DNA from: a virus
DNA: 64,000 nucleotides
Reading direction: 5' to 3' (one strand)
IMG/VR virus record: IMGVR_UViG_3300028920_000044
Coordinates: 45,195 to 109,194 of that record
Shown: piece by piece, positions 59,771 to 64,000 of the stretch
Position numbering within the stretch: position 1 is the stretch's first letter
Layout: every line of letters starts with the position of its first letter
Translations under genes and position numbers: made by a program
The notes under the pieces: generated by a model
What the model saw: only the letters and a program-made list of their open reading frames with translations
The model's database searches: none
Told to the model about the DNA's origin: nothing

Positions 59771-59951
59771 ATCGTACTATGGAACGGCATCATAAAGTTA
59801 CGCCAGCTAATGTGCAGTCGAGTCCTGGTTGGATTAAGTTGGGTGTAATATTGTCATGGTTCGATATAGCTTCATTGACTCGGGTTATGGCCTAGTTCAA
59901 TTTACTCGGCTACCGTATTGCTAGGGTGAACTGTGATATCGCAGACTAAGC

Positions 59952-60000
59952 GTGGCTAGACAGTCTTTTATAGGTTGTCTAGCCACAACCTAATTTTTTT
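59952..60000 (+). terminator. Terminator closing the RAMP/array unit (probably bidirectional)
   Basis: GTGGCTAGACA/TGTCTAGCCAC stem, T-run at 59994-60000. Confidence 0.7.
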
Positions 60001-60001
60001 A

Positions 60002-60220
60002 TTAAACAATTGACCACGGAATGCCTAATACAATCACTATTAATATCAATACCAATATTATAATTGCAGGTATATAAAACTTCTTAAGGTAATAATATTT
60101 AGATCCTTCTTCTTGTGTCTTTAGGATCTTTAATTCTCGACCAATATGTAAGAGCAACAAAAGTACCATTCCTCTTATTATTATTTCAAATACTTTAACA
60201 GTTGTTTCTTCTGGGCTCAT
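60002..60220 (-). CDS. Small two-TM membrane protein (holin-like topology)
   Basis: Two hydrophobic helices, 72 aa. Confidence 0.55.
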   Translation of the reverse strand: MSPEETTVKVFEIIIRGMVLLLLLHIGRELKILKTQEEGSKYYYLKKFYIPAIIILVLILIVIVLGIPWSIV

Positions 60221-60236
60221 ACCCTAACCTATTCTC

Positions 60237-61160
60237 TTATCCTGCTACGCTTTTTTGCCTATGCATTGTTAATATACACCCTATATGATAATCATGATCC
60301 CCATCATCTATATTAGTGTCAACAGTGACTCTTACTCTCATTCCATGACCTATTTTATCAGTATCTGAAGTCTTAAGTTGTATAGCATTATCTCCAACTA
60401 ACTGAATATGATTAGCGAATCTAGAGAACGTTATTTCCATCGTAAAGATATTATAATTACCATCACCTGCCGGCATTGGACGAATATTCTCAAACAATTT
60501 AGTTGTTGAATTCCAATCAGTGTCCCAATACGCAGGAGGCTTACCAAATTGTGGATCTCCCGCTTCAGGAATAAATATCAAACCAGGAGTAGTGGGGTCG
60601 GTTAAATCCTCATTAATATCTACATTGCTTGCTCCACCTGCAAGAGCAGAAGGCAAAACAATATAAGGTGCAGCTGGATTAACAAAATATCCCGTGCCTG
60701 TGTTTGCATCCGGGGTCGTCGTTACAATTCTAGGAACAATCTCTACTGTTATTTCATCAAATTCACAATTTTTCCAACTTAGATAACCTTCATGAATATA
60801 ACTAAGATTTTCAATAGTATTAAAATCTAGATACTTAACATGCTGTAAACCATCCGCAATGTGATGATTAAATGAAAGTTTTTCTCCACCACCAACAAGT
60901 GCAATATTACTTGGGTCATCCCCTCGACTTGTAAAATGTACTTTAGTACCTAACGGTCTTGATGTTTGATGTACCCTCATTTTACCTGAAGTATCTCTTT
61001 TTTCTTCCTCAGTTAATGTATCGACAATAGATATCTTAGTTGAATCTATTTCATGACCTGAATTATTAGGACAAGCAACAGGTTCTATCTCGCCCCATAT
61101 TTCGTAATACATATTCTCTGTATTACACCATACTCTATATTTGTTAAGTGTAGTGGGCAT
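60237..61160 (-). CDS. Putative virion/tail-associated protein
   Basis: 307 aa, beta-rich, YRVWC..E...CP.N..H; downstream of tail fibre. Confidence 0.55.
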   Translation of the reverse strand: MPTTLNKYRVWCNTENMYYEIWGEIEPVACPNNSGHEIDSTKISIVDTLTEEEKRDTSGKMRVHQTSRPLGTKVHFTSRGDDPSNIALVGGGEKLSFNHHIADGLQHVKYLDFNTIENLSYIHEGYLSWKNCEFDEITVEIVPRIVTTTPDANTGTGYFVNPAAPYIVLPSALAGGASNVDINEDLTDPTTPGLIFIPEAGDPQFGKPPAYWDTDWNSTTKLFENIRPMPAGDGNYNIFTMEITFSRFANHIQLVGDNAIQLKTSDTDKIGHGMRVRVTVDTNIDDGDHDYHIGCILTMHRQKSVAG

Positions 61161-61210
61161 ACTATATCTCCATTAGTATTTTAGCCATGCAAGCCAAGCA
61201 ATAGTAAAAT

Positions 61211-61906
61211 CTACGAAACACCGCTTGGTAAATTCTCAGGTACTGTTCCAGAAAATTGAATCATAAAGAAACTTACATAAAAATCACAACCATCATTCTC
61301 AGACTTTCTTCCTTGTAACTCTAGAAGTGCTTGTTCTGCTGGCCATCCTGTAGTCACTGGTTGTGAGAATACCTTCCAAACTTTTTTCTCAGAGTGCATC
61401 CTAATCCAATCAAATACTACTTGATTATTAGTTGAATCAAAAACTCTGAGATCAAAATATTTATCATTATCATCTTTAGAATATATAACTGCCTGAACTC
61501 CAATAGGAGTACCTAACTGATTTGTTCCTCTGAATATAAAATGAGTGCTTGGTGTCCAACTATCTCCAGCAAATTTAAAAAAGTTTTTATTATATGAACC
61601 AAAGCTAAGAGTAAGATCTCCTGCCCCACCTTCACCAGCTTCTGGAACACTACTAGGATCTACTCCACCTGAAAGTAAACCAGTATGGGCCGCAATAATA
61701 GCATCTAATTCTGTTTCTTCATCTTGAGTTAATGCATCATTAAACCATACCTCACAAATATCTTCATCGAGATTAGTATCAATATGATGAAGTTCTGTTG
61801 TTATAATAGTGGATGCCTGAATTTCTTCTTGTAGTATTGTAATGTCTACTTTATGATTTATTACAAAATCATCATATATCGAATAAGCATAATCGGTTAA
61901 AGCCAT
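61211..61906 (-). CDS. Putative tail fibre-associated protein
   Basis: LQEEI...F..AL...EETELDAIIAAH motif common in fibre-associated proteins. Confidence 0.55.
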   Translation of the reverse strand: MALTDYAYSIYDDFVINHKVDITILQEEIQASTIITTELHHIDTNLDEDICEVWFNDALTQDEETELDAIIAAHTGLLSGGVDPSSVPEAGEGGAGDLTLSFGSYNKNFFKFAGDSWTPSTHFIFRGTNQLGTPIGVQAVIYSKDDNDKYFDLRVFDSTNNQVVFDWIRMHSEKKVWKVFSQPVTTGWPAEQALLELQGRKSENDGCDFYVSFFMIQFSGTVPENLPSGVS

Positions 61907-61922
61907 GTCAATTCCTCTATAA

Positions 61923-63998
61923 TTATGATGGTACCTTCCAGATTTCTAATCTAGCTCGACGAATTGATGCTGTATCGCCAAGATTACTACAACACCAATC
62001 AAGATCTACTGTATGATTTCCAGCGGATAAGTTCTCATATTTAAACCCACTTGCAGGATGCCATTGATCACTACCTGCATCTTTAGGTTCCCACTGGTGT
62101 TCCATAATAGTGGTCGTATCATCAATTTGAACTTGCCCTCTAAAATCATTAGATCTATTGTTGTATTGCCATTCATAATACCAACTAATTCTATATTTAC
62201 CACCAACTAGACCAGTAAGAGTCAATCTTACTTTTTGTTGGTAGGCATTATTGGTAGTCTGTTGCAATGTCTCTGATGATGTTTCAAACAATTCTTCAAA
62301 TACACCATCTTGTCCATCGACACCGTCAGCACCATCTTGTCCATCTGCACCTGCAGGACCCGTATCACCTGGTTCCCCTTTTAATCCTGTGAAAGGACCA
62401 AAATCAAACCATACACTTCCATCATACATTATGACGTGTTTTGACATGTCCCCATTGAGAGGAGCAGGTAGCGTTTGATTAGATCTATTATCATCTAAAA
62501 CAAGAAAATAATAAAGATCCGTTGAAGATGCTCCAGACGTTGTTTCAATCGACGTTATTTTTGCTTCATCTAAATCATCATATTCATCAACCTGAAAAGC
62601 TTCTCCTTGGGGACCTTGGGGACCAGTTGCGCCATCTGCACCATCCACACCATTAGCCCCATCAGCTCCGTCAACACCAGGAATACCTTTGATTCCCTGA
62701 AGTCTTTTAATATTAAGAACTAGATTAGGTTGACATGTCACTACTGATGTATTTGCTCTCATTAATTGAACTGTGATATAATCTCCATTATTCAAATAAT
62801 AAGGAAATGATGCTTTTAAATCTTGTATCTCTGTCTGATAAAAATCCCCTGTTACTTCACTTGCAGGAATAGAAGTTGTGCCATTAACTTGTATTCTACC
62901 ATATACAAGAGTCATAGTTGTTGCTACTAATGATTGGAAATAAAAATCTATATCATACCAACCATCTTCATAAACATATATTCTCTCAGTATTGGTATCA
63001 TCATGTTTGATAACTGTATCATCGGTTTCTGCTTCAGTTGTATCTAAAGTTACATCGCCCCAAGTCGTACCTATATTATAGGTTGTTGATCTACGAGCGG
63101 ATACTAAATTGATTAATGTTACATCTCCAGCAGGACCTTCAACACCTTTTATATTTCCTATTAATACCCATGACCCACTTTGTTTCTCATACACATCACT
63201 GGTATTAGTATTTAGATAATAATCACCATTCTCTCCAGTTGCTCCCGCAGGAATACCTGCTCCATTGTACCAAACAGAACCTGAAGGACCTGGTAACCCT
63301 GTATCACCCTTTATTGAATCTACTTTATATACTTCTAAATCCGATTTAAGTATAGCAGACGGATCACCAGAAGATATTACTTGAACTGATATCCACTCAT
63401 TAGCATTAAAATATTCAACTACTTCATTAGATAATTCATCTGTTATTCCACCTTGATTAACATTAGTTAATATATGTGAATTATCACATTCTGAAGCTGG
63501 TAAGAACACTGAATCATTTTTATTTATTCTTGCGTTCAATGTACTATTCACATTAGTTGGTGGAGTACCATTAGGAGGTATGCTATACATAATATTATAG
63601 GCTACTCTATAATACCCTGCCTCATTGAAATAAATCCTATCTTGATTTGCTACGCTATGACTTAATCTAGAAGGCTCAGTTTCTGAGTCCTTTATTGGAT
63701 ACACTATATCTTGCCAGGTCGTAGGAAATGTAGTATATGTGTTCATTCGAACTCGACAATGAACCATAGCTGGTTGTCCAAATAATTCATACTTCTTATA
63801 TGCGAGTATATTTGGATCCCATACATATGCTGCTGCTGTATCATTTGCAATATAGAGTTTGCCTGCTATACCCGTAGCCGGGAAACTAGATGATGAATTA
63901 TAGAAGTAACTATCTGTTATCTTTACATTACCTACACCATCACCAATCCATAAATCTTTAGTATCGAGGGAGACAGCAGGCTCCCCTCGTTGAAGGGA
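61923..63998 (-). CDS. Tail fibre with collagen-like repeats (5' end beyond window)
   Basis: Frame stays open to the window edge (GEPAVSLDTKDLWIGDG, Mtd_N-like); G-X-Y repeats (GADGANGVDGADGATGPQGPQG); C1q-like beta domains. Confidence 0.8.
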   Translation of the reverse strand, partial: SLQRGEPAVSLDTKDLWIGDGVGNVKITDSYFYNSSSSFPATGIAGKLYIANDTAAAYVWDPNILAYKKYELFGQPAMVHCRVRMNTYTTFPTTWQDIVYPIKDSETEPSRLSHSVANQDRIYFNEAGYYRVAYNIMYSIPPNGTPPTNVNSTLNARINKNDSVFLPASECDNSHILTNVNQGGITDELSNEVVEYFNANEWISVQVISSGDPSAILKSDLEVYKVDSIKGDTGLPGPSGSVWYNGAGIPAGATGENGDYYLNTNTSDVYEKQSGSWVLIGNIKGVEGPAGDVTLINLVSARRSTTYNIGTTWGDVTLDTTEAETDDTVIKHDDTNTERIYVYEDGWYDIDFYFQSLVATTMTLVYGRIQVNGTTSIPASEVTGDFYQTEIQDLKASFPYYLNNGDYITVQLMRANTSVVTCQPNLVLNIKRLQGIKGIPGVDGADGANGVDGADGATGPQGPQGEAFQVDEYDDLDEAKITSIETTSGASSTDLYYFLVLDDNRSNQTLPAPLNGDMSKHVIMYDGSVWFDFGPFTGLKGEPGDTGPAGADGQDGADGVDGQDGVFEELFETSSETLQQTTNNAYQQKVRLTLTGLVGGKYRISWYYEWQYNNRSNDFRGQVQIDDTTTIMEHQWEPKDAGSDQWHPASGFKYENLSAGNHTVDLDWCCSNLGDTASIRRARLEIWKVPS

Positions 63999-64000
63999 AG

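Larger units (their letters stand above)
56068..59951 (+). repeat. ~3.9-kb non-coding tract with 5-nt periodicity (NRT-NN units), candidate guide-RNA array
   Basis: No ORF over 90 aa; G/T-rich, C-poor plus strand; GT/AT recurs every 5 nt, e.g. ggt-tc-tgt-at-att-ac-cgt-ac-tgt-gt-aat-at-tat-ca-tgt-at-agt (56170-56212). Confidence 0.75.

Noticed and set aside
56120-59848. Short ORFs (62-89 aa) within the periodic tract
   Set aside because: No RBS, odd H/T/Y-rich composition expected from translating a periodic G/T-rich sequence, atypical of this genome
56068-59951. Canonical CRISPR array downstream of the RAMP gene
   Set aside because: No 25-45-nt repeat recurs at regular spacing; the duplications are few and irregular
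247-62478. Numerous short plus-strand ORFs antisense to long minus-strand genes (and minus-strand ORFs inside the plus-strand genes)
   Set aside because: Shadow frames with S/I/F-rich composition, fully overlapping well-supported genes
61923-64000. Diversity-generating retroelement target (Mtd_N-like motif in fibre)
   Set aside because: No reverse transcriptase or adenine-specific TR/VR pair in the window
1-64000. Stop-codon recoding (alternative genetic code)
   Set aside because: Genes tile densely and known domains are uninterrupted under the standard code; TAG and TGA act as stops

Overview
AT-rich (visually about one-third GC), densely coding 64-kb segment of what looks like a jumbo myophage with T4-like structural modules, using the standard genetic code. 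Almost all genes are on the minus strand. Recognisable content: baseplate gp6-, gp53- and gp5-like proteins, two long tail fibres, RecA/UvsX, a Cas4-like nuclease, a GH108 endolysin, a thermonuclease and a MoxR-type ATPase/vWA pair. Four things stand out. (1) A stand-alone Cas7/RAMP-like gene (55117-56067, +) is followed directly by a ~3.9-kb non-coding, G/T-rich tract with 5-nt periodicity (NRT-NN units) closed by a hairpin. This is a candidate non-CRISPR RNA-guided system. (2) A dispersed phage-encoded signalling set: a multi-PAS/GAF hybrid histidine kinase, a lone receiver, a REC-HD-GYP c-di-GMP phosphodiesterase and five PilZ proteins, with a Desulfobacterota-like flavour. (3) At least 13 unrelated small proteins share an N-terminal MIxISxLF(E) tag, and several more have an acidic-leader/basic-body design, suggesting a capsid-targeting and cleavage code. 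(4) A likely -1 programmed frameshift at about 37155 fuses two ORFs. All calls come from reading the sequence and the ORF translations by eye; no searches were run.
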